A DNA stretch of 63,149 nt, filler included, from Octopus bimaculoides (GCF_001194135.2; 4 parts of 4 records of this genome joined end to end with filler, not necessarily neighbours in it), one strand, 5' to 3'; positions 12,490 to 26,158 are shown, counted from the first letter of the whole stretch. Program-made: numbers and translations. The notes: generated from the sequence alone by a model not told the origin.

Positions 12490-15400
12490 TGTGTATTTGT
12501 CCATGTTTTGTAAGGGCATAACATACAGAGAGGAGAAATCAATTGCCTATTTTAGCTTGTAGAGATTAATAGAATCAGCAGAGCCGGAATTAAGACTCAC
12601 AAAGGCCTTAAACACTTAAAAGAGTTTGGTACCCACAAACGTATGTAATTCAAAATATAAACAATAATAGAGCAGAGAATAAATATCTAGTTTTCAAAAT
12701 GAAGTAGAACTAAAAGATAGAAAATAATGTTTATTTTTGTATACTTCCATTTTATTTAAATTTAAAAGTTTCTCCAACGTTTTTAACTGCGAAGACTGAT
12801 GAGATCCTCACTATGACACCATGAACACTACGAAATTTTATTTCCGATCATATAAACCACTTCGAATATTATTTTAGGAAGTTTAAGGTGATTTCTTTTG
12901 TGCCGTTAATTATTTACCATTTCTGCGGTGTCCCCTTCACCCTCCTTTGATGGTCTAAGCACGTGCTTATTTTGCTTAATGGTTTATCCAATGTCATTAA
13001 GATGCAGCTATTCTACAACAGAAACTTCGGCATACATTTAAAAAACGGTAAGAACAGTCAAGTAACAATTTCAAGTTTAAATTACTTTTAGACTAAAAAA
13101 ATAAATCCAAGACAGGAAAATTCTATATCTGCTCTCTATTTTCACCTTGTTTTTTTTTTCTCCTCTTACACTTGGTTTTTTTAATTAAATTATTCATTGG
13201 AAAAAAATTGGCTGGTTCTGACATGCAGCACGAAAAGTTTTATGCTTTAATTACATATTTTCACGATCATGTCAGATGAAAATTACGGAATCTCTGAATA
13301 AATGATAATATGTGACTTAGTTTTTTTTTTTTGAAAACGTGAATATTCGTCTCCTGAAACCATTTTTGATGTGTTTTTTTTTTTTATTATAGTCATATGA
13401 GTTTAATGAAATACTGCATTGTGACAAACATGAATTACTATAGTGATTTTTGCTTGTTGTTGCACAAAACTTCTTAGTGTAAGTAAAGTGTGACGATATT
13501 GTGGATTAGTGGTGTATAATGCAGCTTCGTGTTGCGTTTCTAGTATTACCAACGTTTAAAGGCTTCAGTTTTTAAAATGGTTTTATCAGAGGGAGAAGGG
13601 CCTCGTNNNNNNNNNNNNNNNNNNNNNNNNNNNNNNNNNNNNNNNNNNNNNNNNNNNNNNNNNNNNNNNNNNNNNNNNNNNNNNNNNNNNNNNNNNNNNN
13701 NNNNNNNNNNNNNNNNNNNNNNNNNNNNNNNNNNNNNNNNNNNNNNNNNNNNNNNNNNNNNNNNNNNNNNNNNNNNNNNNNNNNNNNNNNNNNNNNNNNN
13801 NNNNNNNNNNNNNNNNNNNNNNNNNNNNNNNNNNNNNNNNNNNNNNNNNNNNNNNNNNNNNNNNNNNNNNNNNNNNNNNNNNNNNNNNNNNNNNNNNNNN
13901 NNNNNNNNNNNNNNNNNNNNNNNNNNNNNNNNNNNNNNNNNNNNNNNNNNNNNNNNNNNNNNNNNNNNNNNNNNNNNNNNNNNNNNNNNNNNNNNNNNNN
14001 NNNNNNNNNNNNNNNNNNNNNNNNNNNNNNNNNNNNNNNNNNNNNNNNNNNNNNNNNNNNNNNNNNNNNNNNNNNNNNNNNNNNNNNNNNNNNNNNNNNN
14101 NNNNNNNNNNNNNNNNNNNNNNNNNNNNNNNNNNNNNNNNNNNNNNNNNNNNNNNNNNNNNNNNNNNNNNNNNNNNNNNNNNNNNNNNNNNNNNNNNNNN
14201 NNNNNNNNNNNNNNNNNNNNNNNNNNNNNNNNNNNNNNNNNNNNNNNNNNNNNNNNNNNNNNNNNNNNNNNNNNNNNNNNNNNNNNNNNNNNNNNNNNNN
14301 NNNNNNNNNNNNNNNNNNNNNNNNNNNNNNNNNNNNNNNNNNNNNNNNNNNNNNNNNNNNNNNNNNNNNNNNNNNNNNNNNNNNNNNNNNNNNNNNNNNN
14401 NNNNNNNNNNNNNNNNNNNNNNNNNNNNNNNNNNNNNNNNNNNNNNNNNNNNNNNNNNNNNNNNNNNNNNNNNNNNNNNNNNNNNNNNNNNNNNNNNNNN
14501 NNNNNNNNNNNNNNNNNNNNNNNNNNNNNNNNNNNNNNNNNNNNNTATCGCAAATAGCTGTTACGTGGTAGCAGGGCGTGCTAGAAATAGCAGCCAGATC
14601 TTTTGGGGTGAGATACGTTGAATGCATTCGAAAAAAAAAAAACGCTATGGAAAAAAATTATTTCACACCGATCGGGTCTTTTACGAAATATTTACCGTAT
14701 TTTAAAGTCATTTTCACAGTTAAATATTTTTTAAATATGCCAAAAAATTTTTGTAATGGTATTCACTTGACAATTATTTAAAAAAAAACATTAAAATATT
14801 GTCTATTTAAAGAAAGCTAAAATATAAATACGTACTGTACAAACAACTTACATTTTTGAAATCACATTCATTTAAAAATATTTCTTAATGATTAAAATAT
14901 TGTGTTTAACAAAAGCGAAAGTAGAAACATTTACTGTAAAAAACAAATCGTATTTTTTCTTTGTCAAGTCACTGTCTAATCGAAAGGTAAGAGTTTCTTC
15001 CCTTCCAGGGTTAAGTTATATTCGAAATATTTTCCCATTATGCACCGTTTTGGGCATTTATACCCCGAAGACACCTAATATCTCCAAAACCACTTGTCCG
15101 ATTTACGCGAAACTTGTTTGATTCCGTTTTTATTCACATTTCAGGGGAAACTTAATTCATAGTATTTTCCCATTATGCGTTAGTTTGGCTGGGTAACATT
15201 GCAAGTAAGCAAGATTCAAGCTTACTTTTAATGTATTATAGATATATAAACACTTACATAACTAAATTACAGTGCGGTTACACTTCACTGATGAATCTTC
15301 GACGAAAGACGAAACGCACCAGAGTTGTTTTCCGTACATATTCCTGAAAGACATGTCAGTCATCTATAAATATTGTTTTTAGGTGTTTGTCTTTTAAACA

Positions 15401-18192
15401 GAGCAAACAGTGCAGCTATAAAGAGCGCACATGAGAAAGAATAAAAATATATGGGAACGTTGTGCTTATTCTTAACATCTGGTTCGTTTTGTTTAAAATG
15501 TAAACATGTATTTGCTGTTCAATCCTCTGTTAAGCAATAGGAATTGATATTCCTGTTTTCATTTACCGTATATTTTTTATGCTTTAGCTTTTAATGTTTC
15601 CTATCTTTAAATATACTTTCACCGAGATTGAAATAAATTGACAGATGGCAGACAGACAGATAGATAAAAATAGACAAACATGTGTGACAAACTAAATTAA
15701 AATGGAATGTTTATGAGACTTGATCGTTCTAGAACTTGGAAATGCGAAGATACATTGATGGCACTGTTCAATAGTGTATAATTTGACTGGGATCTTTTTC
15801 TACAAACTCGTGTATATGAAATTTGTTTCTGAGAGGTATATTAAAGATTACCTTACTTTTGACGACGCTAAACAATTAGGTGACACTTTACACTTTGTAT
15901 AGAAATGCCCGTCTCTCGAGGTTTTTCTCTTTGTGGTGGAAAAGGCGAGCATTAAAATAATCTGGCATTACCTAGGTTAAAGACTTTCTTCCTCAAACTG
16001 CGTCAGTGTGTCCTCGAAAAAGAAAAGGAACTCGTCTCTTTGTGCTTATTGAATGTGCTCTGGCGAACTTCATGTTCAACACACAACTGACCCCTCTGCC
16101 TCTGATGTCACTTCCACTTTCTATCTCAACCCATATTATCACACGCCCTCTTGATCTAAAGACATTTTATGTAACAGCAAATTAAAAAATTACTCTAAAA
16201 CTCTGGAAAAAGACCCTACTAAACAGTTTCAATGTACAGTTTTCTACAAACGAAAATTCAGTTTGATTCTGATTCTCATACTTTTTCGTAATTCTTTGTC
16301 CACGGCGTTAACGTCGATCCGTTTGCAACCTTCGTGGCACTACGATGTTGGCTTCGTCCTCTTTTCAACTGTCGTTACGAACTTCATCGTTCATTGAACC
16401 GATAACCCTATGGACGTAGAAAATATGATGTGGCATTCCATCAACAGAAACGTTATCTTCGGTATTAACTTCCGTCACTCTTCCCTTCAGGATGGATTCA
16501 CTCAAAAAATCTCATCTCCAGCCTGGAGATATGCAAGTTATTCCTTTCCCCTGGTACTATGCTTTAATGCCTTCTCCCATTCGTTACAAACCCTAACCCT
16601 AACCGCCTCGATCGGGGGGATACACTCTCTCTTGGTAATGGCCTTGATGGTTCGATATCTCCTTATGATTCCAATCCTGATCGGTTTGTAACATAGCTCT
16701 TGAAGAAGCGTTCGATATTCTATTTGTTTAGCATCACTTTCAACGATTCTGAACGAAATGTGGTACTGTTGTTTATTCATCCACCCGTTCCCTCCTACAA
16801 AATATTTTATTCAGAACCCACAAAATCTCAACCACAACTTTCATTTTAATCTCCCAGATCCAAAGAGATTCAACACTGACCAATAGTGTGTCCTATCAAT
16901 TACCAATCGCTTTCAGGTATCTTCTATCCGAATCCCTCCAGTTTCATCTATCAAAATATTATGTATGTACGTGTTACAGGCTGCTTTAACTCTACCTACT
17001 TTTCTCATTATTGTCTTGAGGACTTTCGCCATGATCTTTGGCTTAGAGTTCAGTCCGAACCTCATCCTAATCAAGCAGTATGTTTAGTCCTTGTATTTCA
17101 TTAGCTGATACTTTCACAATTTTTCAGTCACACAAATCTGTAGGCAGGCTAAATGCAGATCAACAATAATAGAAAACCCAGTCATTTGTTTCTATTCCCG
17201 CAAGATCTCTCCAGATATATCTGTGGTTTCACTGTCCGTGTATAATGCCACAGGGTTAGTCAGTCCCTGAAAGTTTAACACTGGGCTGACCTTATTCTTC
17301 GTTGAGTGAATTATCAACAACACTTCGCTGTTTTAAGCAACTAATCGAATCATGGACAAAATACCATGCAGTATTTTCTACGACACCATACGTTATGAGC
17401 TCAATTCCTACCGAGGTCAAATTTGCATTTTATCCTTTGGGGGCCAATGAAATAAAGTATCAATCAAGTACTGGGATACACCTGCACACCACACCAAAAT
17501 TTCAGGCCTTGTACTTATGTTTGAAACAATTCTTTACCCCCCCCCCCCACACTAAAATCTATATAGTTGTACAATAGCTTATCCTCAGTAAAAAAAGGGG
17601 GTCTCGTATATTAATGCTTATTAGATAGTGTATAATATTGGTTTTAAATTTTGGCATCAGGCCAATAATTTCGGGAGAAGAGGAAAGTCGATTACATCGA
17701 CCCCAGTACTCGACAGGATGAAAAGCAAAGTCAACCTCGGTGAATTTGAGCTCAGAACATAAAAGACAGACGAAATGCCGCTAGGCATTTTTCCCAGCGT
17801 GCCAACAATTCTGTTAGCCCACCACCTTTAGGTAGTGTATAATATTACCATATATATATGTGCATATTAGGTTATAAGTTTCGAAGAAGTCATAGATAAT
17901 GATGTGGCTGAGTTGCTGGTCTCTCATAAAGAATGTTTATCTAACAAAGAACTTAACCTGTTTGAACAACCATAAGCTGAGAATATTGATGCAAGTACGG
18001 ATTTCCACATCACTTTTTAACAGCAAAAATATTGCCAAAGATTTGACACTTATAGGGGGAGGTCTGCTAACAACACTATCATGAATGTAACTTAAAAATT
18101 ACGAGAAGAGTTTACAATGGTGGCGTTATACTAAAAAATATATTTTCTGAAAATTTTCTTGTCATTTGTGATAAGTGTGAAGCAACGAAGTA

Positions 18193-19554
18193 ATGGAGAC
18201 CCAACCAGCCGTCAGCTATGCTGCAGTAACAGGAAGGGGTTTGAATAACGACGTTTTGCAAGTGAAAGAAGTGAAGTTCGACGAAAAGAAATTGAAGACG
18301 TCTAATGAACTCATAGTTAAGGAAGGAAACAGCCTGAGGCTGACCCCGCCAAAAGAAGTAATAGAGGAAACAGTAAAAAAAAACAAAAAAACTGTAGTGT
18401 ATAGAACGCTGTCAAACTCAAATAAAAGGGTGGAAATAGCGACCGTTGAAGCAATGGAAGAATGTCTTAAGGACATTAAACACCTAACGACATTCTACAC
18501 CAGAGGCAAGAAGTATGGCACAGTGGAGGTACGGTTTGCGACCGAACAGGACGCAATAAAGTGCTCCACGCTGCCATCGAGGTCAGAAGAGTGGACACTA
18601 CTGCCAACCTACTGTGGCAAACATGCGGCTAAAGTTAGGATTGGCAGAGTGCCCCCAGACATCGATGAAGCGTGGCTGGTGGCAGCCATCCTCTTCAACA
18701 CGGAGGAGGAGACCAATATGCTGAAGGTCACGAGGACAACAGAGGTAAACTGGTTTGGATACAACCTCGAGGTGACGGTCCAAATCAGTTTACCAAACCT
18801 GCATAAAATTGCAAATGAAATTATGCTGCCAGAGGTTGTTAAACTAAGAGTGGTAGTGGAGGTAAGACCTCCCATCTGCTACCACTGTGGAGTACGGGGA
18901 CACATGAAAGCAAGGTGTCCCCAGAAACAAGAAGTAGAACAGGAGGAAGAGGTGGAACAATGAGTGGTAGCACAAAGCCAAGTAAGTGAAGAGATGGAAA
19001 ACGTAGAAGGAAAATACTCAGTTGGAAAAAGAAATAAGAAAAGAGATGAAAATGCATATTCACCAACAAAAAGCCCGCAAAAAAAAAGAGGAAAGGCAAC
19101 GTAGAGAAGATACAAATTGAAAGAACAGAAATAACAAAAAAGAAAATTACAGAAGAAAAAACAAGTATGCAGAAAAGAAAGGCAGCAACAATAAAGAGTA
19201 AAAAGAGAGATAGAGATGGTTGAGACACAAAAACCAGGAACATGAGGAGAGAATAGAGACGGAAAAAGGGGAAGGAGTACCGAAAGGAAAAAATGTGAAG
19301 ACGATGATAGAGTATAAAAAGAGCGTAGAAACAGAGATATGGATCACGAAAATGAAAAATGTAATCAGAGTAAAATTATCGGGGAATGAGGATACCGAAG
19401 ACGACAAGGCAGTTTTGCTAGAGAGAGAGAGAAAGCAGAAAGATTAAAAGAATTATTTGGTGAACAAATTGTAATAACAGAGCTGCTGGTTCGATACGAC
19501 GAACTACCACCACTGGTGCTATTTGACGACATAATAGAGTACATAGTAAATTGA
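18193..19554 (+). pseudogene. Disrupted ORF1/Gag-like protein (RRM-like region, CCHC zinc knuckle, charged tail)
   Basis: 256-aa open frame 18193-18963 starting METQPAVSYAAVTG with CYHCGVRGHMKARC (CX2CX4HX4C). Coding-like E/K-rich sequence continues past the TGA through frameshifts at A-runs to ...ERLKELFGEQIVITELLVRYDELPPLVLFDDIIEYIVN* at 19554. Confidence 0.75.
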
Positions 19555-19846
19555 AAGTAAGTGAAATTTTTAATACTTAAAATAATGTTTAAAGAAGAAA
19601 AAAACGTTGTAAAGAAGAACAACGAACTGTTTGTGAATAATGTGTTACATAAACAGTTAAATGATACTACCTGCGTGTGGGGCGCAGGTAAGACATCTCA
19701 TTTTTCATTCTATCATTATATCCATAATTTCATTCGATTTATGTTTTATGTACCCCACTTATTGTGTTGTCTGTCTTTGTTTATCCCTTCTTTGTAAGAA
19801 CCAATGTGCTCGTAATAAAGAATAAAGTTAGCAAGGTCAAACTACA

Positions 19847-19887
19847 CCAGACTGATGAAGGGCAATTACCCTAAAACTAGTCTCTGG
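19847..19887 (+). ncRNA. Minimal type I hammerhead ribozyme motif (G12A core variant)
   Basis: CCAGA-CTGATGA-AGGG caatta CCCT-AAAA-CTAG-TC-TCTGG. Stem I CCAGA/TCTGG, stem II AGGG/CCCT, palindromic ACTAGT stem III, GUC cleavage triplet. GAAA is mutated to AAAA. Confidence 0.75.
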
Positions 19888-20441
19888 ATGCTGGCTTTGT
19901 TGGATGGAAGTGCTTATCTCCCCTGTTTGAAAACTTAAGGACACAGAACGCTTGTGTCACGTAACCAACTAGAAACGGTGTTTCTTGGGGTAAATTAACA
20001 GTAGCATTCTTCCCTTTCCGGGGACTGCCACATTAAGTCGGCAACAAACCATCACTTTACATATATTTCGTTTTTGTTAATTTACTATGCGGCTTCCCTT
20101 TTGTTCGGGCTTGATTCAACTGCATTACACCCGGGTAAATCCAGCAGTAGAAGCAAATAAAAAAAATGTGTTGCGTCCTTTTTCCTTGGTGGTCTAAGCA
20201 TGTGGTTATGTTGTTTAACGGTTAATCCGGTCTTGCTCTCGTGTGCGCACGTGTGTGTGAGTAATGAAAAATTTATACAGTGGGGAGTTAGAGGGAGGAG
20301 CTAAGAAAAGGTCAGACAGTCAGTCAGACAGACTGACATCAACAAACGTTGATGTATCATATAACCCACGCTTAGAAATGTGTTACAATAGATTATCGGC
20401 AGATAATCTTTAAATCATTGCTATTAATAAGTTACTCTTCT

Positions 20442-20484
<43 letters not shown>

Positions 20485-20551
20485 CCCTCTCTCTGTATAC
20501 ATACACGCACAAAATATATGCATATGTACGCATGTATTTATGTATGTATAC

Positions 20552-20849
20552 TGTCACGAGGGTTCCAGTTGATCCGATCAACGGAACAGCCTGTTTGTGA
20601 AATTAACGTGCAGTGGCTGAGCACTCCATAGACACGTGTACCCTTAACGTAGTACTCATGGAAATTCAGTGTGACACAGAGTCTGACAAGGCTGGCCCTT
20701 TGAAATACAGGTACTACTCATTTTTGCCAGCTGAGTTGACTGGAGCAATGTGAAATAAAATGTCTTGCTTAAGGACACAATGCATCGCTGGGAATTGAAC
20801 TCACGACCTTACGATCGTGAATCGAATACCCTAACCACTAAGCCACGCG
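20552..20849 (-). mobile_element. SINE with family C 3' domain
   Basis: gagggttccagttgatccgatcaacggaacagcc...gacacgtgtacccttaacgtag is shared with family C. Its head variant resembles those at 43371-43709 and 54690-54969. Confidence 0.75.
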
Positions 20850-21744
20850 TATGTATATATATGTATGTATGTATGTATATGTATATGTACGTAGGTGCCC
20901 ACGTGTCTGTATCTGTGTGTGTGCGCGCGCGCTTGTATATAAACTCTCACACATTGAAGCACTCGCAGGGATTCCAAGAGAAATTTGGTAAGGCAAACAA
21001 GACTGCTTTCGGGCTCTTTTCCCATGCCCATCGCCAAGGGCGCTGGACGGTACTGGCCCCTCACTATTCAATAGTGCACCTCAGATTTACTCCACTTTAG
21101 TGACTCCACTTTAGCATTATTACAAACTAGTGTCTATCCAGAATATTCTGAAGCACCCCCAGGCACCAAAACCTGTCCTTTCCTCACAAAATTCAAGGAG
21201 ACTATAGTTTGCTTTTTTGTCTTTAAGAAAGAGCCCAACAGATATTCAAGGATCTCTCCTTGGCCTACTAAGCCTCAGACCGATGTAACGGTTGAGCACC
21301 CTCTTACAGGCCCTAAGCATACAACATATTTAAAACAATTTTGAAGGCGTAACCTTTGGAAAAAGTATTGTTTAGTTATAGCTACTGCTGCTGCTACTTG
21401 TTGTTATTGTTGTTGATGCTACTGCTGTTGTTTGTTTGTTGTTGTTAACCTAGATTACACAGACTTACTGATCAAGTGCATTCCAATTGTGCCCAGCATG
21501 TTTCATGCATCTTTTATTCAGACTCAGCTGCTTTTAGGACAACATTGTATGTGCGTCCTTCTTAAAGACCAGGTATAATTTTGGAGAGATTTGGTTGCTA
21601 TTTCTAGCAGTTCAAGAGGTGGTAATGGTGGTGGTAGTTGTGATGTGGTGCAGCTACAGCACCAACTTTCCGGACACAGATAATCTGGAACCTCTTATAA
21701 TCCGCACTAATTTATATTAATGTACATGTACCTATGGTTGAATC

Positions 21745-23280
21745 GTTATCACGTCGGACAAAATGCTCAGCGGCATTTTGTACGTCTTTGAGTTCTGAGT
21801 TCAAATTCCACCGAGGTCGACTTTGTCTTTCATCCTTTCAGGGTCAATGAAATCAGTACCAGTTGGTGTAATCAACGTACACCTCTCCCGCAAAACCGAT
21901 GGCCATGTGCCAACATTTGAAGCCATTATTCTTTTATTCTTTTCCTTGTTTCAATCATTTTAGCTGCGGCCAAGCTAGAGCATCGCCTTAAAGGGTTTTT
22001 TTATTAGTCGAAGCAATCGACTCCAGGACTTATTCTTTGTAAGCCTAGTACTTATTCTACCGCTTCCTTTTGCCGAACCGCTTGGTTACAGGGACGTAAA
22101 CACATCAACATCGGTTGCCAAGCGATGGTAGTGGTGGTGGGTGGGTGAGGGGGACAAACACAGACACAAAGACACACACACATAAAATTTATACATATAT
22201 ATGTATATGACGGTCTTCTTTCAGTTTCCATCAACCAAATCTGCTCACAAGGCTTTGGTCGGCCCGAGGTTATAGTAAAGGTTACAGTAGTGGGACTGAA
22301 CCCGGAACCATATGGTTAGGAAGCAAGCTTGTTACCACACAGCCACACCTGCGCCTATTATTTAAGTAAATTTAAAATTTATTCAATTTGAATCGAGAAA
22401 CTGGCAGAATCGTTAGCACACCAGACGAAATGCTCAGCGACATTTCGTCCGTTTTTGAGTTCTGAGTTGAAATTCCAGCGAGGTCGATATTGCCTTTCAT
22501 TCTTTCGGCATCGATAAAATAAATATCAGTTGAGCACTGGGGCCGAAGCAATCACTTTATCCCCTCTCCGAAAATGCTGGCCTTGTACCAAAGTTTGAAA
22601 CCAATGTTTGTTGAATTCAAGTCGGCGAGCAGAATCATTAGCACACCAGGCAAGGTGCTTAGTGGCATTTCGTCTGTCTTCGCGTTCTGAGCTCAGATTC
22701 TGCCGAGGTCGACTTTATCTTTTATCCTTTCGAGATCGATAAAATAAGTACCAGCTGGGTACTGGAGGTCGATGTAATCGACTGACCCACTCCTGCGAAC
22801 TTGCTGATCTTGTGCCAAAATTTGAAACCACTATTTGTTCGATTCAGAGTGTGTCGACCAAGGTGACCACACCAAGTTAAGAAAAATCTGTAATCCGGAA
22901 AGGCTTTAGAACCAAAGTACTTGCCTTTGAGAAAGGTGGAGATGGTGGTTCTAGTAGAGTTAGTATTGATGTTGATTTTGCTGTTTAGCACCAGAGTCTA
23001 GCTTTGCTTGTTGAGACCTATGATCATAAGCGTTCTAATCGTAACCTACGTGTCTTTTTGGATACTGATTTAAAATTTTGGTACAAGTCCAGTAATTTCA
23101 GAGAAGTAGATAAGTCGATTACATCGACCTAAGTATTAAACTGGTACTCACTTTATCGATCCCCAAAGGATGAAAGGCAAAGTCGACCTCGGTGGAATTT
23201 GAACTCAGACCATAAAGACGGACGAAAGGCCGCTAAGCATTTTTGTCGGCGTTGTAACGATTCTGCCAGTTCGCCGCCTT
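21745..23280. mobile_element. Dense SINE cluster: B (21745-21925 +), A (21930-22352 -), B (22395-22605 +), B (22623-22835 +), B (23065-23280 -)
   Basis: Recurrent ttctgagttcaaattcc..gaggtcgactttgcctttcatcc (family B) and gccacacc/ttgaccaaagcc (family A) blocks. Confidence 0.8.
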
Positions 23281-23880
23281 GTATTTTTGTATATTTATGA
23301 CAACAATATGCAATGTGTTCTTATTTGTGGGAAATTTGATATTTCTTGCAAGTTAAACGATCGTAATGGCTGTTGAAATGATGGTGCTTTAGTGGTGGTG
23401 GTGGTGGTTGGGAGTTGAAAATGTCAACAACAATATAACATAAATGGAAATTTCCAGAATTGAATGAAATTAAAACGGAATTTCTCAGTCACTTTACTAT
23501 CATTGCCTCAAGCTGCAAATGGTCTTAATCTGCATACTCACCATTCAGCTCTCATCCTACGGATTTTCATAATACGCAGATATGCTCAAGTGTGTGTGTG
23601 TGTGTGTGTGTGTGCGTGCGTGTGCGTGCGTGTGTGTGCGTGCGTATGTGTGCGGGTGTGCATGCGTGCGTTTATATATATGTGTGTGTGTGTGTGTATA
23701 TAATATATATATATATACATACATATATATGTATGATTGTATGTATGTACAGTTGTATGCATTGAGGAAATAAATCACCTGTAATTCCTACCTCATTAAT
23801 AAGTGAAGTAATTAATACGAACACAAACAACATACTTATAAACAAAATGGCTTATGCGTGCGTGTGTGCGTGCGTGTGTG

Positions 23881-23917
<37 letters not shown>

Positions 23918-24157
23918 ATACACATACATACAAACATGCATACATCCATGCGTACAACTACATTTATACATACACGCTCACAAACTCTCACACACATATA
24001 CAGGGTATTAACAGATTGGTGTTATTAAGTGACAACATAGGTGTTACATTATTAACAGGTGACTATCTTAGCAGTTGGTTTTTGTTTTGGCTATCATTCT
24101 CTGTTGTGAGTTTGTGTATATTACCATATCGTCTGCCGTCTGCACAATGGAAGGGCC

Positions 24158-24437
24158 ATGAGGAAATACTACCGACTTAACAATTCCACTGGTCTGTCTA
24201 AGGAACAGCTATTGCTTCACACGATCTCGGAATTCAGTGACTTTACCACACCAAACCATCCAGCGGTGTCGACAGTCCCCCACGAATCTACCATCTTTCT
24301 CGCCATTCTACTAGCTATTACTGCATGCATGATGGTTATTTTGGGATTTCTGACAGTTCGTGTCTTCCAGCGGTATTGGGTCATTCGAGAAGAAGAGCGG
24401 TTTATTGAAGAAGCTCATGCAGCTATTGTCCAAGCTG
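24158..24437 (+). CDS. Candidate first coding exon of a small single-pass membrane protein
   Basis: ATG at 24158; N-terminal NST sequon; hydrophobic run IFLAILLAITACMMVILGFLTV followed by R..R; strong donor GCTG|gtaagt at 24437/24438; possible acceptor attaacag| at 24058. Non-repetitive sequence. Confidence 0.5.
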
Positions 24438-25874
24438 GTAAGTTACAACTGGATTTCGCTGTCTTCCTTGTCATCGTTGTTCGTTTTGCCTTCACTTTTA
24501 AAGATGTCATTATTGTGATTTTCTTCACACGATGGACATGAATAATGGGTCTTTGCCTTCTTAGCGGGATATCAAACGAATTGGATGCAGCTAGTGTTGT
24601 TTATGTTAAATTTTAAATTATTTCAAATTATTACTTAGGAAGAACATAAGAATAGGAGGGTAGGTTCCAGAGAAATACAACCTAGTGGACAAGCGACTGT
24701 GCAAAGTCTTTAGTATGGAACCTAGAATATGACAGCACTGAAGGTAAAAAGATAATGTGGCGAAAGTGCTAAAGAGGTAGATAAAATTGTTTCCGTGTAT
24801 AGCACAAAATCTTCCATCTTCAAGTCTTGATATGTTTCATCAGAAACAACGACAAAAACAAACAAACAAAACAACAAAGAAACGATAAAACATTAGCTAC
24901 AGGAAAACAAAACACCAGTATAACCTGCTTAACTTTACGAACACCAAACCAATGGGCAAGTAAAATATGAGAGGTTTTTCGGCTGCACAACATAAGGTGT
25001 GTAGTTCACTATTTTGTGCTATATATAGTTAATTGTGATTGGTTTGGGGAAGATTTTGGTGACCTAGACTGAGCCGTTACAATCCATGATGGATCTAATG
25101 TATTACTTGTACATTATTGTAATTATTTCCTTGTGTTGATCAAAAGTGTCACTTGAGATGGCTCTATGTTCGTGTGTCGTTTTGTTTTCTTTAGTCCGTC
25201 ATCAGTGTACGTTTTGAAAGTTGTAGATTTGTAATGTATTTCGAATGTTAAAGACTTACGAGTATATTTTTGTATTCTGTGGTATGTCTATGTCATCGAA
25301 TATGATTATTTGTTGTATCTGATGTTCACTGGTGTCGTTGTGAGCGTTTATTGAGCGAAAACACCTAAAGTTCCACGAGGCTCCGGCAGGGGATGGTGGC
25401 GAACCCTGCTGTACTCTTTCACCACCAATCGAGAATGTGGATTAGGTAATTATTGTTGTTGTAAAGGTAGATTTCTAGTTGATTTAAATAGGGTTGGAGA
25501 GAAATGAAGAATAATGGGAGGATATAAGTTGGATGCTACCAGCGTATTGGGCTGTCTATATATACAGGTGGCAGAGAGTGAGCGAGAGTAGAGATCCTTG
25601 CGGCTCTCTGTTCGGGAAATTGCAGGTTCTGGAAGTGTTGTTGGCCTGATCAGTAGTTTTGTGTTTCATGATGTGTGTGTTTTGAGTATTTTTTTTTTTT
25701 GTATTAATGAATATCGAGTAATGGAGTGGAAAGGGTTGTGTTAAATTTTTACAATCACACCCACACGTTTTTCACTGAAAAAAACTCGGATTTTTCGCGT
25801 GGAATCAACTAACTTGACCTCCTAATGTTCTGCAAACCGCTTATTTTGGTTCGGGAAAAAAGGGTTGGGTGGGC

Positions 25875-25974
25875 NNNNNNNNNNNNNNNNNNNNNNNNNN
25901 NNNNNNNNNNNNNNNNNNTTAATTAATTAANNNNNNNNNNNNNNNNNNNNNNNNNNNNNNNNNNNNNNNNNNNN
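25875..25974. other. Assembly spacer: 44 N + TTAATTAATTAA + 44 N (also 43237-43336 and 57115-57214)
   Basis: Three identical 100-nt blocks; the 12-mer is palindromic with stop codons in all six frames. Confidence 0.93.
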
Positions 25975-26111
25975 TGCACACATCCTATGCAAAACACTTT
26001 CAATACAGTAACCATAAGAGCATCACAGCAAACCACAGCACATACCCAAGGCACACAGAGCTGCGCTCGGTAGTGAAGTGAAAGCACGTTATTAAAATAA
26101 AACTACTGAAC

Positions 26112-26158
<47 letters not shown>

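Noticed and set aside
13546-14627. Long ORFs spanning N runs (also 28.1, 29.5, 32.8, 44.3, 50.0 and 59.9 kb)
   Set aside because: Open only because N codons are not stops.
16588-16604. (TAACCC)n telomere-like repeat
   Set aside because: Only about two units; expected by chance.
16300-17250. Coding-like composition, possibly a decayed retroelement
   Set aside because: No diagnostic motif recognised in any frame.
20995-21070. GC-rich segment tested as an HDV-like or hammerhead ribozyme
   Set aside because: No P1/P2 pseudoknot pairing and no CUGANGA core could be built.
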